Origin: Octopus sinensis
Lineage: Eukaryota
DNA: 64,000 nt
NCBI RefSeq assembly: GCF_006345805.1
Contig: NC_042997.1
Span: forward strand, 34,658,001 to 34,722,000
Direction: 5' to 3'
Shown here: positions 51,291 through 64,000 of the stretch, one piece after another
How the letters are laid out: every line of letters starts with the position of its first letter
How positions within the stretch are numbered: position 1 is the stretch's first letter
The notes under the pieces: model-generated
Database searches by the model: none
What the model was told of the DNA's origin: nothing
Seen by the model: only the letters and a program-made list of their open reading frames with translations
Position numbers and translations under genes: made by a program

Positions 51291-52318
51291 GATGATATAT
51301 ATATATATAAACATACTGAAGAGAGAGAGAGAGGGAGACAGAGAAAGAGAGGGAAATTTCGGGGCGATGGAAAACAATGCGGTATTCAATAAACAAAACA
51401 ACTGCGGTGAGCATCACACGAATAGTAGAATAAGCAATAAAAGCTGGAATGAATACGATTATACATGCAACTAAGCGGCAAAATATGTCTGTAGGAATGC
51501 TTAGAAATGTAAACACAGTTTCAGACATGTTTATCACTTACCCCAGTTGCTTTTAAAAGCCAGATCCATTCCTAATCGTATTTGGAATTTTTCAAACTTA
51601 ATTTTTCTGAGCTTATAAAAATTTTCTCCAATTCCTTACTGATTTAGATAAAAGACTTCCCTCAATGCTTTCCAGCTTATTACATTGCATACGTTAAACT
51701 GTAGCGTGCAAGTATTTTGTATGGGAAACGTTTGCTTATGTACTTTCAGCCAACTGTGTCATCGTTATATATCAAAATCACAATATACTCCTTCTATAAA
51801 AAATCTTAAGCTATATTGTATCGATAGCATATGTTCATAGCAACAGAAATCGACAAGTTCGGCGCTTTGTCTTACAGCGACGTATCTAGAAGATTTGATA
51901 TAAGTTACGTGACATGAAATGAACTAAGTACGGGTCATCTCTGTTCCAGTGAAACTTACTAATGGTGTACTCTTTTCCCTATTTATGCTGTGTTATATTT
52001 CAAGGTCGTCCCTCTAAGCCCCCAAAAGGAACGCCTACGCAACCAATCACCTTCAAACATCGTAGCATAATTTCCTTTCACCACCTTCTAATATTATAAA
52101 AACACGTTAGGTAATGTGGTAATGTAGTAATAGATAAACAAGAAGAGAATGAAAAAAAATCAAGGCTGGCATACACATGACCATATATCTGTTTCATCAT
52201 GATTGACCTCTGGCTAAACGACAACAAAAACTGGCCAATTTTAATATTAGTGTTCTTCATGTCCTATTTCGATTTTCTTATTAGTTAAGTATTCCTAACT
52301 ATTTATAGGGAATAATTG

Positions 52319-52532
52319 TGCAGGTGTGGCTGTGTGGTAAGAAACTTGCTTCCCAACCACATGGCTCTGGGTTCAGTCCCACTGCGTGGCAACTAGGGCA
52401 GGTGTGTTCTACTATAGCCTCGGGCCGATCAAACCCTTGTGAGTGAATTTAGTAGACGGATACTAAGAGAAACCCGACGGTGCTCCAGCATAGGCGCAGT
52501 CAAATGATTGAAACAAATAAATGAATAAAAGA
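52319..52532 (+). mobile_element. SINE family A with internal deletion
   Basis: Head and CORE-like part joined directly to 'ggtgctccagcataggcgcagtcaaatgattgaaac'. Confidence 0.8.
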
Positions 52533-52888
52533 ATATTAATAAGGAATGAACATTTGGTTTTTATTAAAATAGATCCTAAAGCTTTTCCAGTACTGAATAA
52601 CAATGATAGATAGAAAGTGAAAGTGTTACCGATTTGGAAACTGTTATGGTGTTTAGCCCAGTTCCTTTAGATAATCAGTTCAATGTCATTATGTTATGAC
52701 TTCAACGGACGTGATGAGTTCTTTCACATGTTTTGTTTCCACTTATTGAAGCGTGGCCATGATGGATAAATTCCTACAAGGTCTTTGGTCGATAGTATTT
52801 ACAACAGTACATTTTCTAGTGTATATTTCAGCATTAACCAAAATACGAAACGTAACATAGTCACTGGCACAATGAAAGATTCAAGACG

Positions 52889-53018
52889 GTTTCCGTCTAC
52901 CAAATCCACTCACAAGGCATTGGTCGGCCCGGGGCTATAGCAGAAGACACTTGCCCAAGATGCCACGCAGTGGGACTGAACCCGGAACCATGTGGTTGGT
53001 TAGCAAGCTACTTACCAC
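52889..53018 (-). mobile_element. SINE family A fragment
   Basis: Nearly identical to 17162-17292; truncated at both ends. Confidence 0.8.
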
Positions 53019-53440
53019 GTATATATTTACAAACGTATATATATATACCACAGGCAAGAAAAACAAATTCCATTCCAGAATAATTTCATTAAAAGTTCAC
53101 TGTCTTTTTGTACAATACCAGAATAATTCATCATATACAAATGATACTCAGTCAAAGTCTTTCAGTTTTCTTCATCTCATTGGTAAATACACACACAACC
53201 ACAACCACACAAATACACACACACACACACACGTACAAGCATATGCATGTATTTAGTGTATTACAGCATAAACTATGCCTCTCGTACACAATTTCAATAG
53301 CCTATATTAAGGAATCTGGAGGACAGTTTAACTTAAAATTTAAAGTATTTTGCAGTTATATACTCACTTTCAACACTTTCGTCACTTTCTTCTGACGTTC
53401 CACACGAAAAAAATCACCGCACCATACATATATATTTAGG

Positions 53441-53529
<89 letters not shown>

Positions 53530-53887
53530 GGGTAAAAGTGGCAAAAATGGTCAGTATGAAAGACAACACAATTTTAAGCGTAAATCTGTGACCAAAAGAG
53601 ACAACGAGAGGTAAGGCGACTTACTCATGTGTTCATTTTCGAACTGTCTGAGGTGACCTTGGTCTTTTTTGTAGGTTTTTCTTTCCAGGGCTACACCTAA
53701 ACTGTGAACTTTATTTATATATATATATATTATATTTTTATTCACCACACAACCCACAGATCCCTATTGATCGAACGTTTCTTTTTCTTTGTGTCCCACC
53801 CATCCCACCTCGAAAAGAAAAAAACTCTACATTGTATTTCGTCCATTTTTATTCTGTGTTTAGCCCTGTGTGGCCACAATAAAAAGT
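53530..53887 (+). mobile_element. 5'-truncated Tx1-like LINE 3' end
   Basis: WVKVAKMVSMKDNTILSVNL* (stop 53589-53591) resembles the ORF2 end WKDVARKLRVKDTT*. Tail GTGTTTAGCCCTGTGTGGCCACAATAAAAAG. Possible 7-bp TSD TATCTAT at 53523-53529 and 53888-53894. Confidence 0.6.
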
Positions 53888-53956
53888 TATCTATATAATT
53901 TTTAAAGAGGACAACAAATATTAAAGTAAGGTAAACATCTCGTATACTATACGCCC

Positions 53957-54006
<50 letters not shown>

Positions 54007-55467
54007 GACATTGAACACTTGCATTCAGACCGCAGAATTCTTCATCGTGGGCGTAATGCTCTTGTAATACCTGAAGAATTACAGCATGCAATTTCTTACA
54101 GAGAAATATTGAGCTGTGTATGTAAGGTTTCAATTCTTATGGCATTTCATAAATTTCCCACGATGTTAAGGACTACTGCTTTTCATGTAGATACACACGA
54201 ACACATGCATGCACACACATATATCTATTTATCTATCTATCTATATGTATGTGCATATATATACATATATAATGCGTGTAATATATATATATATAAGTAT
54301 ATATACATATTGAGATAGGGGTTGTGAGTGCAACCCACCATGGGATAACATATATCCAAGGTGCATGTGTATATACACTTATATGTATGTGTATATTATA
54401 TATTATGTATATGTACTCATTCTTGTATAGGTGTACCTTCTCTTATATTCATATTTAGATTGTACTTTATAATCTCTGAAGAGGCCTTGGGATATATTTG
54501 TAAGTGTCTCATTTATAACCACATATTAACTTGTCACACCTGGCTAATATGAGCATAATGAGATACTCATATCTACATGGCTGAAACAGATGTAAGATAT
54601 AGTTTATATTTATATTTATTTATATTTATTTATACATATTTTACTTATTGTATCATATTACTCATTGATGTGCACTGTTTAGTTCTGTACTATTATGTTT
54701 GACCTTGATGTTCATATGTAGTTGGTTAATAAATTATGTGAATGGGTATTATCTGGTAGTTGATTATTGATTAAGGTGTATTCCACCATTTTATTATTTT
54801 GTATATATATATACATATACATTTATACATACATATTTGTATATATTTACAAACGTATATATATATACCACAGGCAAGAAAAACAAATTCCATTCCAGAA
54901 TAATTTCATTAAAAGTTCACTGTCTTTTTGTACAATACCAGAATAATTCATCATATACAAATGATACTGTGAAGGCATGAAATTAACGACTCTCAATTTG
55001 TATCTTAGATGAGGGGCCAAAAGTGTGAATGACAATTTCAGGATTTACTAACGATGTAGACTTAGGCTGCAAACTACATCATAGTTAAATGAGTTATATA
55101 ATTCTCGAAAACCATCTGTGTGAATGCAGCAGCTAATTTAGTGTTCTTATCCATAGTATTCAATTCGTGAGCAATTTTAGATAGTCATCTGAAATAACTC
55201 ATCGACCAAATAGCGTTTGCGAACAAAAAGAAACAACATCTTTGGTAGTTGCAGTAAAGTAATAGTAATAGTTACCTACTATAATAGCAGAAGTCATGCA
55301 GTTTTTAATTTTCGTGGAAAACTGAATATATGCTACATTCGTTGGCACATTGATAGGAAACGATAATATGCGAGAAAAATTCTCAAATTAAAGTATTTAC
55401 GATTTAGTACTTGTCTAACGTAGGTACATACTTGCAATGCTAATGTCATGCACACACACATACATAC

Positions 55468-55512
<45 letters not shown>

Positions 55513-55675
55513 GAGAGAGACTTGTATATGCATACATGTAATATGTATATGTACGTATGTATGTATGTATCTATATACATCTGTATATATCGTATATATA
55601 TATATGCGTGTGTGAGTGTTTGTGTGTATGTGTGTGTGCATATATATATACACACATACATATATATATATTCAT

Positions 55676-55761
<86 letters not shown>

Positions 55762-56225
55762 GATATATAGGTATATAGATATCTGCATATATAAGCGCAT
55801 ATAATATTTTTCTTCCTGATAGCTTTCTATGATAACGACATTTGAAAAATAATGAGTCTGGATAACGGCTGATGAAAATTTCTAAGCGCATTTAGTACTG
55901 ATATACCTAACATGAAATCATATGACGTAATTAATCGCCTCTCAAAAAAAAAAAAGCCAAAAATTACAATAAGCAAAAGAACATAGACACACAAAGACAT
56001 TGATGCACGTTAAAATTGAATATACATTAAGTGATAATGGACTCGTTAATACCCAATATACAAAATGATATCCAATATATACATTGCTAACTACTAGATT
56101 AATATGAAGCCGTAAATTCTCATACATATGCACATTAATGCGCAGGCATATATATATAGTATTACTGTTCTAACGTTTAGGGTGTGCTTCCTTTTGGGAT
56201 ATGATCTACTAATTCACTGACACTG

Positions 56226-56308
<83 letters not shown>

Positions 56309-56313
56309 CTCTC

Positions 56314-56373
<60 letters not shown>

Positions 56374-56374
56374 T

Positions 56375-56682
56375 CACCGTGATCACCGTGACCGACCAGA
56401 CCATCAGATGTTGCTGCACATCGCTGGTCACAATGCGCTTCGCATTGTTTTAGCCTTCAAATGACGCCACCCCGCTGGCTAAGTGAGCAGGCCAACAGAA
56501 GAAAGAGTAAAAGTTATGGCGAAAGAGTACAGCAGGGATCGCCACCACCACCCTGCCGGAGCCTCGTGGAGCTTTTTAGGTGTTTTCGCTCAATAAACAC
56601 TCACAAGGCCCGCTCTGGGAATCGAAACCGCGATCCGACGACCGCGAGTCCGCTGCCCTAACCACTGGGCCATTGCGCCTCC
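56375..56682 (-). mobile_element. SINE family B with a different 3' tail from 25134-25428
   Basis: Head GGAGGCGCAATGGCCCAGTGGTTAGGGCAGCGGACTCG..GGTTTCGATTCCC; tail ends in (CACGGTGAT)2. Confidence 0.78.
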
Positions 56683-56712
56683 ATATATATATATATATAT
56701 ATATATATTACG

Positions 56713-56753
<41 letters not shown>

Positions 56754-57109
56754 CTTATATACATACATACACAAAATTATAAATGCATACCTACAATCTA
56801 TCTACATAAATGATGTATAAATACCCTGTTGATGCTGTGGAAGTTCTAACGAAGGGACATCGGATTTAGCTTAGAAACCGACTCTTTCGCTATTGGCAAG
56901 AAATCTTGAAATAAAACTGAATAATGACATATATACATATATGCTTAAAGCATTAGACAAGGTAATATATGCTTTAAGATGTTATAAGTTATAGCCGGTC
57001 ATAGAGCAACCATTATATTTTCACATATAAAATTATTTTAGCATATTCAACCTTGCCTTATTTTCCTACAAAAAAACAATACAAATCACTCAAGAGACTC
57101 CCCAAAAAT

Positions 57110-57535
57110 GCATAACTATACTCAGTACAAACGATGCCAACATTTAAAAAGTGCAGACGACCTAATTGTGGTACATGCCTATACCTAACTGAATGTTCGG
57201 AATTCACATTCAAGCAAGGGGGAACATTCTCAAATTTAGGACCAACTTCACATATACTTCTCAGAACCATATCTATGTCATAACCTGCTCAAGTTGTGGC
57301 CACAATTATGTGGGCCAAACGAGCCTTACTTTGAGACGCAGTGACGCTGCATAAAGATCAGATTCGTTTTCCTCAATACAGGAAGATAGCCCTGAGCGAA
57401 CATATCGACAGATGCGCAAGAAATAAAACGCAGAATTTCTATATCGTTCCATTATACCAATGCAAAGATTCAATCTCCTTACAAGAACGCCTAAACAAGG
57501 TGAATTACGAAATAATAAACAAACTTGACTACTTC
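57110..57535 (+). mobile_element. Penelope-like (Neptune-type) GIY-YIG endonuclease remnant
   Basis: KKCRRPNCGTCLYL../NHIYVITCSSCGHNYVGQTSLTLRR/VTLHKDQIRFPQYRKIALSEHID, with two frameshifts. Confidence 0.8.
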
Positions 57536-57722
57536 AAAAATTATACTGCGGAGTTAGGGTTAGGGTTGTTGCCTCCCTTTGCCCACTCTCTAGACTCGTT
57601 CTTATTTTTTAAGCATCCAAAATGGCGAGATCACTTTGTCACAAGAAGTGATTGCTTCACACCGTCCCTTGAAAAGCTAATTTAAATAGTGAAAACCGGT
57701 TGGATATCACGACATCCATAAA

Positions 57723-57744
<22 letters not shown>

Positions 57745-57759
<15 letters not shown>

Positions 57760-58139
57760 TCAAGTTGTGTGTCTGTCTCCAACGATTTAGATTCCTAACT
57801 ACTCCCACATTTTGCGGTGCAGTTTAACCAAAACCGGGTATCTTATAGTCGTGATTCATATCGAGCCCTTCTGGGTATTAGCGCGCGTCTACGATGAGTC
57901 TACGATTTAAAAAAAAATTAACATCATTTTTTCCATTTGAATGCATTTTTTCGCTATTATATAAGGGAAGTAACTCTCTAAAAATGTCTACGATGAGTCA
58001 ACGATTTAAAAAAAAATTGACCATAATTTTTTTTCCATTTTTAATGCATTTTTTTGCTATTTTTTTGCTTTAACTCTCTAAAAATGCTTATATAGTTATT
58101 TCCCTTACAAATCCGAGCAACGCCGGGCGATACTGCTAG
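57745..58139 (+). mobile_element. Non-autonomous Helitron-like element
   Basis: 5' (TA)nTATAAAAGTC..GTCTGTC; 3' GC-rich hairpin TCCGAGCAACGCCGGG followed by CTAG|T at 58136-58140; ~100-bp internal duplication. Confidence 0.75.
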
Positions 58140-58301
58140 TATATATATATATGTTAAAAAAATTTCTTTATGGAAAGATATTAAACTATGTGAAACGAAG
58201 GCATTTCTCTTCCACTTTTTATATGTGCTTTCCACATACTTTCAACTCATAATTTTGCCACATGGTAAATACTGAATCTCTTGGATTTTTGCTCCTTTTA
58301 T

Positions 58302-58333
<32 letters not shown>

Positions 58334-59160
58334 CAATACGGAGCAAATAATTCTGCAGAATATATTTGCAGTGGTGCCATTAACTCTATCATTATCTAGG
58401 ATAAAATAATTGAATTAATTATATAGGCGATTGCAGGCCCCCAAAAGCACTAAGTAGCTGAACGATTAAAATTTTTATTAATCAAAGAACATACTGAGTA
58501 TATCTACCTGCTAGATATAACAGTCAAATCTCTTAGTTAAACCACCGAAAAAATAACACTGACAGTAACTACAGAAATGAACCGTCTGCGAGCATACGGG
58601 TTAAGAAAATAATCCAACGTACCAATATAGGATCCAGCTAAATATTTTCTATTATTTGGACTCAAGTGGACCGGTTTCTGGAATGGCATTATAACCCTCA
58701 CCTTCTTCAGCTATTTAATGCTTTTTGGGGACTGCAATCTCCTATATTATTAATTCTGTCATTATCAATTTAATTATTTTATCCTAGGCGAAATGTATCT
58801 TCGCAAATATTTTCTGCTGAATTAATTGCTCTGTGTTGGAATTTTTTTCTCACAGAGAAAATGCTATGATTAGGCGCAAAAGAAATCAGTTGCAGCCCAA
58901 ACTTCTACGTGACGGGTTGTGGGATATTTTTCCATCATGGTAACACGCGCTGAAGAAGGGTGAGGCTATAATGTCAGTCCAGAAACCGGTCCTCATGAGT
59001 CCAAATACTAGAAAATATATAGCTGGATGCTTTATTGAATAATTGTCTTAACCCTTAAGCTCGCAGACGGTTGATATCTGTAGTTATTGTCAGTGTTACT
59101 TTTTCGGTGGGTTAAATATGAGTTGAGACCGTTATTTCCAGCAGGTAGACATACTCAGTA
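58334..59160. repeat. Double inverted repeat A / (AB) reverse complement / B carrying hammerhead-like motifs; probable PLE pseudo-LTR rearrangement
   Basis: 58334-58462 is approximately the reverse complement of 58704-58838. 58492-58711 is approximately the reverse complement of 58949-59160. Confidence 0.75.
58950..58991 (+). ncRNA. Hammerhead-like motif (canonical core CUGAAGA...GAAAC-CG-GUC); second copy at 58669-58710 on the minus strand
   Basis: Core and palindromic stem III ACCGGT are present; stems I and II are degenerate. Confidence 0.45.
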
Positions 59161-59200
59161 TTTTCCATGATTAATATATACAGACACACACACACACCAA

Positions 59201-59274
<74 letters not shown>

Positions 59275-59318
59275 CATACATACATATATGTATACATATA
59301 TATATACATACATATTAT

Positions 59319-59369
<51 letters not shown>

Positions 59370-59422
59370 TATATATATACATACATGCATCTATATATAT
59401 ATAAATACATACATATATACAC

Positions 59423-59479
<57 letters not shown>

Positions 59480-60429
59480 ACAGAGATAGATAAATAGATA
59501 GAGAGAGGTGAGGCAGAGGGGAAGTGAGAATATAAGTATGATTCTAAATTCCTTACGAAAGGACTTCTGCATCTCACAGTGTGTGCATTTATGTGAGTGC
59601 GCGCATATGTGTGTTCATGAGGATGTGTGAAAAATAATAAGAAAGGATTGAAACTGTTGTTTTTGTACGTACATATTTGAATAAAAGAAGGTTATTTTTT
59701 TTATCATAGAAAGTGTACGTTTCTATCATATATTTACATGAATGAAAGCAAAATACGAAAATATACTTCCACATAACAAATGTTTTCGCATAATAGCTTT
59801 GCTGAAAATATATTAGTGAATGTTTTCACCAGCTGAGTTTTTACAGACACAACGCGTGCACACATACTTTCAAAACAGGAGAGAAAGTAAAAAATCGCAT
59901 ATTGCTTAAACATTCTCGGTATCGATAAAAGATTTTCGTATGATAAGAGTTTTAGTGAAAAAACTTCTGTGTATGTTGTAGTCAAAAGAGGTTTCATCGT
60001 AGAACAAACATCATATCTTATTGACGGGTTCGGTTTTAGCAGTTGATTCGCTCACCAAATTTCGAGGTGTATTATCATTGTATGTTAAGACCTTGTGCTC
60101 AGTTTATTTGAGAATAGTTAAACATATAGTTATGACGCTTATGATATTTTAAAGGCAAGGGATGTAACTTTTAGTATGTTGGTTTTTTTGTCGCTTATGT
60201 TCCTTAAGTGACTACATATGTCGGTTAATGTACACAGAGAAAGATATTTTCCCTTATGCAGAACAAGGACGTTAACAGAGGAGAGCAGGGTGTTCCATTA
60301 AAATATCGGTATGCACAGATAAATTCGCTTTTATTCTTATGAAATAGGGTTTTGTGTTCCAACAAAAGATTGTTGTTATTGTAACGGCTATCGTTGCTGG
60401 TGTAGTTGTTTCTGTTGTGAATGTGCGTG

Positions 60430-60935
60430 ATTAGTGGTAAGGGTATTAGGCTCACGATGTTATGATCGTAAGTTTGGAAAGCGGCAGCGCGTTGTATCCT
60501 TGAGCAAGGCAATTTATTTCACATTGCGAATCTTTAATGTTTGGCTGCCAACTTCAATTTCTGTTCGAATTGATTTCATATTCAGTGCAATGGTACATTT
60601 TTCAGGCTAATCGATGTCATAAAAATCATTTTCGTTATAAATCAGTAAATAAAGAGTTATTAGCTATTACAGTTTGAACATTTTGGGTAGACAGATTCAC
60701 TACATCATTATATTTCATTTGGACTGATAACAAAAGCAGCAGGCACTCCGTCGGTTACGACGAGAGTTCCAGTTGATCCAATCAACGGAACAGCCTGCTC
60801 GGGAAATTGACCTGCAAGTGGCTGAGCACTCCACATATACGCGTACCCTTACGTAGTTCTCAGGGAGATTCAGCGTGACGCAGTATGGAACAAGCCTGAC
60901 CCTTTGAATTACAAGTGCTCTTCATTTATTGCTAG
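60430..60935 (+). mobile_element. Degenerate CORE-like SINE with an internal insertion
   Basis: Head 'agtggtaagggtattaggctcacg..tgtatccttgagcaaggcaatttatttcacattgc' and body at 60740-60930. Confidence 0.5.
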
Positions 60936-61279
60936 CTGAGCAGACTAGAATAATGTGGGATGTTTTCCGCTTGGCTGCCAAGGTTTCAAAAGCCTATCGA
61001 ATTTTTTTTATTTGGTACATTAATCTAGCTGAATTGCTGGAGTTGTATCACATTTTCCAGAATTTTTTTCTTTTTTTTTAGTTATATAAGTTTAAAATTT
61101 GATCATTTTCACCCGGTCAGGAAACAGAATTTTGAAGTGACAGCACATTTTGTCAACATCCTGAAAGTAGCACTGTTGTCAATATTTGTATTATATACAC
61201 GGAAAATGTATAAACAACACATCTTTTGTAGTTTTAAGCATTCAATATGCATATATATAAGTATATATATCTATATCTA

Positions 61280-61318
<39 letters not shown>

Positions 61319-61384
61319 ATATATATATTTAAGTATATATATATACGTACATACATATATATATATATATATATGCATACATGA

Positions 61385-61660
61385 ATAACTATGGGATTAC
61401 ACCTAGAAAGTTACCCTGCGAGGCACAAGTCACGGCAACGTTGTTTTTGGAAGGCCAGCAGTCGGCCATGCATACCACATCCTCTTGGCACCAGTGATGT
61501 TGCAATTCATTTCTACAGCTGAGTTAACTGAAGCAACGTGAAATACAGCGAAATAAAGTGTCTTGCTGAAGAACACAACGCGCGGGCCCGGTCCGGGAAT
61601 CAAGCTCACAACCTCATGATCGTAAGCTCGATGCTTTGATCACAGAGCCATGCGCCTTCA
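61385..61660 (-). mobile_element. tRNA-derived CORE-like SINE
   Basis: Minus-strand head 'gaaggcgcatggctctgtgatcaaagcatcg..gcttgattcccggacc..ttcttcagcaagacactttatttc'. Confidence 0.6.
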
Positions 61661-61674
61661 CACACACATACATT

Positions 61675-61724
<50 letters not shown>

Positions 61725-62754
61725 GTGTGTGTGTGTGTGTGTGTATGTATATATACACACATATATTATTCTATATTGGCTTCCGTCACTTGACTGCCGC
61801 TTTCTATATTTATGTCATTATTATTTCATATATATACATATAAGCAATAGATAAAAGCGTCTCTGCCTTTGCATATGACTGATTATGTACAAATGAGGTT
61901 ACTGCTATATTCTGATGGTACTATTGTAGAAAAGTTAATTATGTATAATTTTCCTTGTCTCTGGACTTCGTTCTGAACAATACTAAAACTACTAATGAGA
62001 TCTGTGACAGTTTCATTTTTTACCAAAGTCTGTTTTAACTTTGATGTATATAGAATATCTCTTTTCGGTTTGATTGTTCTGTTGATATTTAGTTTAATGT
62101 TGATATGTTTCAATTAGATATGCGTTGACATTTGCTCTATTTGTTTGTTTTTTTCCCTCTACGAACGGAATAAATTCGAAAGAAAGAAATACATCATTCA
62201 AAAAATAAGAAACTGACTTAAATCATGCCAAAGTATTTGCTAAGTAATGCAGGAATAAAAAAAGTAGTTGTATATGCGAATGAATTTGCTTTTGTTTGAT
62301 GTACCTATATCTGTGCAGATCATTATACATATATCAGAAACAATGGATTGGTTAGAGTTGAATGTGCTGAGTCATCTGATCTAATTTCCGGCTATATTGC
62401 TAAATATATACTGCGGTTTCATGTTCGTACACTCTTTGTTAACAAACATACAGTAACACCGGTATATGTTAAAATATATATAAACTTACACATACAACCA
62501 TACGGAGATAGCAACACCAATAATAAAATTAAAAAGTGCCAAAACTTTTCACTATACGTAGTAGTTACTTTTTAAAAACGTCAATCAATGTTGATGTATG
62601 CTGCAGTAAAGCATATATCTGTAAATTCTTAACTAACGTTGTATGAAGAGACAGATTTTTAAAAAAATCATGTCTTTATTATGTACAATATTTTAGTGAG
62701 CATATACAAAAGATGAGAACAAGATACTGAATGTTGGTGAAATATGTATTTTCA

Positions 62755-62900
62755 GTACATATTCTATCTTTAATTATTTGTTACTTTTTTCAGTCATTGA
62801 ACTGCAGCCAAGTTCGGGTGTCCCCTTGAAAGGGTCAGACGAACAAATCTGCTGTAGTATTACTTTAACGTCTGGCATTTGTTATATCAGTTTCATAAAA
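62755..62900 (-). mobile_element. Diverged SINE family A 3' fragment
   Basis: 'tgttacttttttcagtcattgaactgcagcc'. Confidence 0.45.
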
Positions 62901-63149
62901 CTAACTGTATTATTCTTTCGTCGAAATAAACTTTTAATGAAAAATTGTAGCAACATGGGGTAACCCATTGTTTTGATTTCTTTCTCATGTATTTGTGTGT
63001 ATGTGTGTGCGCGAGCGCGTGTGTATTTGTATATATGTGTTCATACTTGAGTGTTAGAGAATAATTAATTTGTACTCCACAAAATGTCGTTATAGTCCTT
63101 CAGTTTTTATTGTAACTTACTATAAGATCTAATATATATGTTTGTGTTT

Positions 63150-63201
<52 letters not shown>

Positions 63202-63546
63202 ATATATATTATATTATATATATATATGCATGTATATATACACAATATATATACATACACGCATACATATACATACACATATATATATACATACCTATAT
63301 AGAAAATGAGGAGTTTATTTTATGAGGAGTGATCTAAAGGAATAGGTACACTTGGGACAACACAGAAACAGTTGTAAGACATCCATTAATTAATTAACTA
63401 ATTAATCTTATTACTTCAAATTCCCCTAACTCTAAATATTTAAAATCACTTGAGATACTCGTCCTGCCTTGTGTTTGTTGTCTTTTTTCCTCTAATACAT
63501 ACATACATACATACATACATACATAATACATATGTACATATATATG

Positions 63547-63656
<110 letters not shown>

Positions 63657-64000
63657 ATATATATATATATTGTATGTAGGTATATATATGTATATATAGC
63701 GAGTTTCTTAACTACACAATCATGTCTACTTCTATCTTCCTAAATTTACACTAACATTGAAAAAAAATCAGCCAAGATGAATGTGACGAAAATTCCACCG
63801 GTTCCGAATTGACCTGGAGCCCAAACAATAACGACAAGTGCATCAAGAAAAACAAGAAAAATAACAACTTAACTGTAAGTACAATTTCTAAAGTGTTTTA
63901 ACCTGCACGCCAACGTGAATAATTTCTCTAATCTTACCAAACGAAATGCACTGGTAAAGGTTAGAGAAAAGAAAACAATGTGAAACGAAGATGATAGGAC

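Noticed and set aside
56600-56682. tRNA-like sequences at SINE heads (also about 25355-25428 and 52319-52390)
   Set aside because: They continue into SINE bodies and do not form a complete cloverleaf, so they are not called as tRNA genes.
63770-63880. Short open frame QDECDENSTGSELTWSPN..LT followed by GTAAGT (plus), or hydrophobic KLLFFLFFLMHLSLLFG (minus)
   Set aside because: No convincing matching splice site or recognisable homology; unresolved without transcript data.

Overview
Repeat-dense, AT-rich animal genomic DNA. The SINE families, the (TA)n/(TAA)n/(TCTA)n microsatellite load and the receptor exon suggest an octopus or other cephalopod (inference). The only host gene supported is the last coding exon (MA helix + TM4) of a nicotinic acetylcholine receptor-like Cys-loop subunit on the minus strand (45574-45903). 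The most striking structure is at about 2.9-12.2 kb (minus strand). An older Tx1/L1-clade LINE has its ORF1 split at one site (downstream flank ACATGGAGGAAAGCA, encoding M-E-E). Three divergent related elements sit head-to-tail in that site: two ORF1-only units with intact LINE 3' tails and one full-length ORF1+ORF2 element, separated by 12-15 bp target-site duplications. The frameshifts I checked in these units are single-base homopolymer contractions, so they may be intact in vivo. The window also holds three Penelope-like GIY-YIG remnants, three families of minimal hammerhead-ribozyme-like motifs, CR1 and RTE fragments, non-autonomous Helitron-like elements, two TTAA-flanked palindromic MITEs and many tRNA-derived SINEs. 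One SINE shares its 3' tail with the Tx1 family. All translations and alignments were done by eye; no database searches were run.
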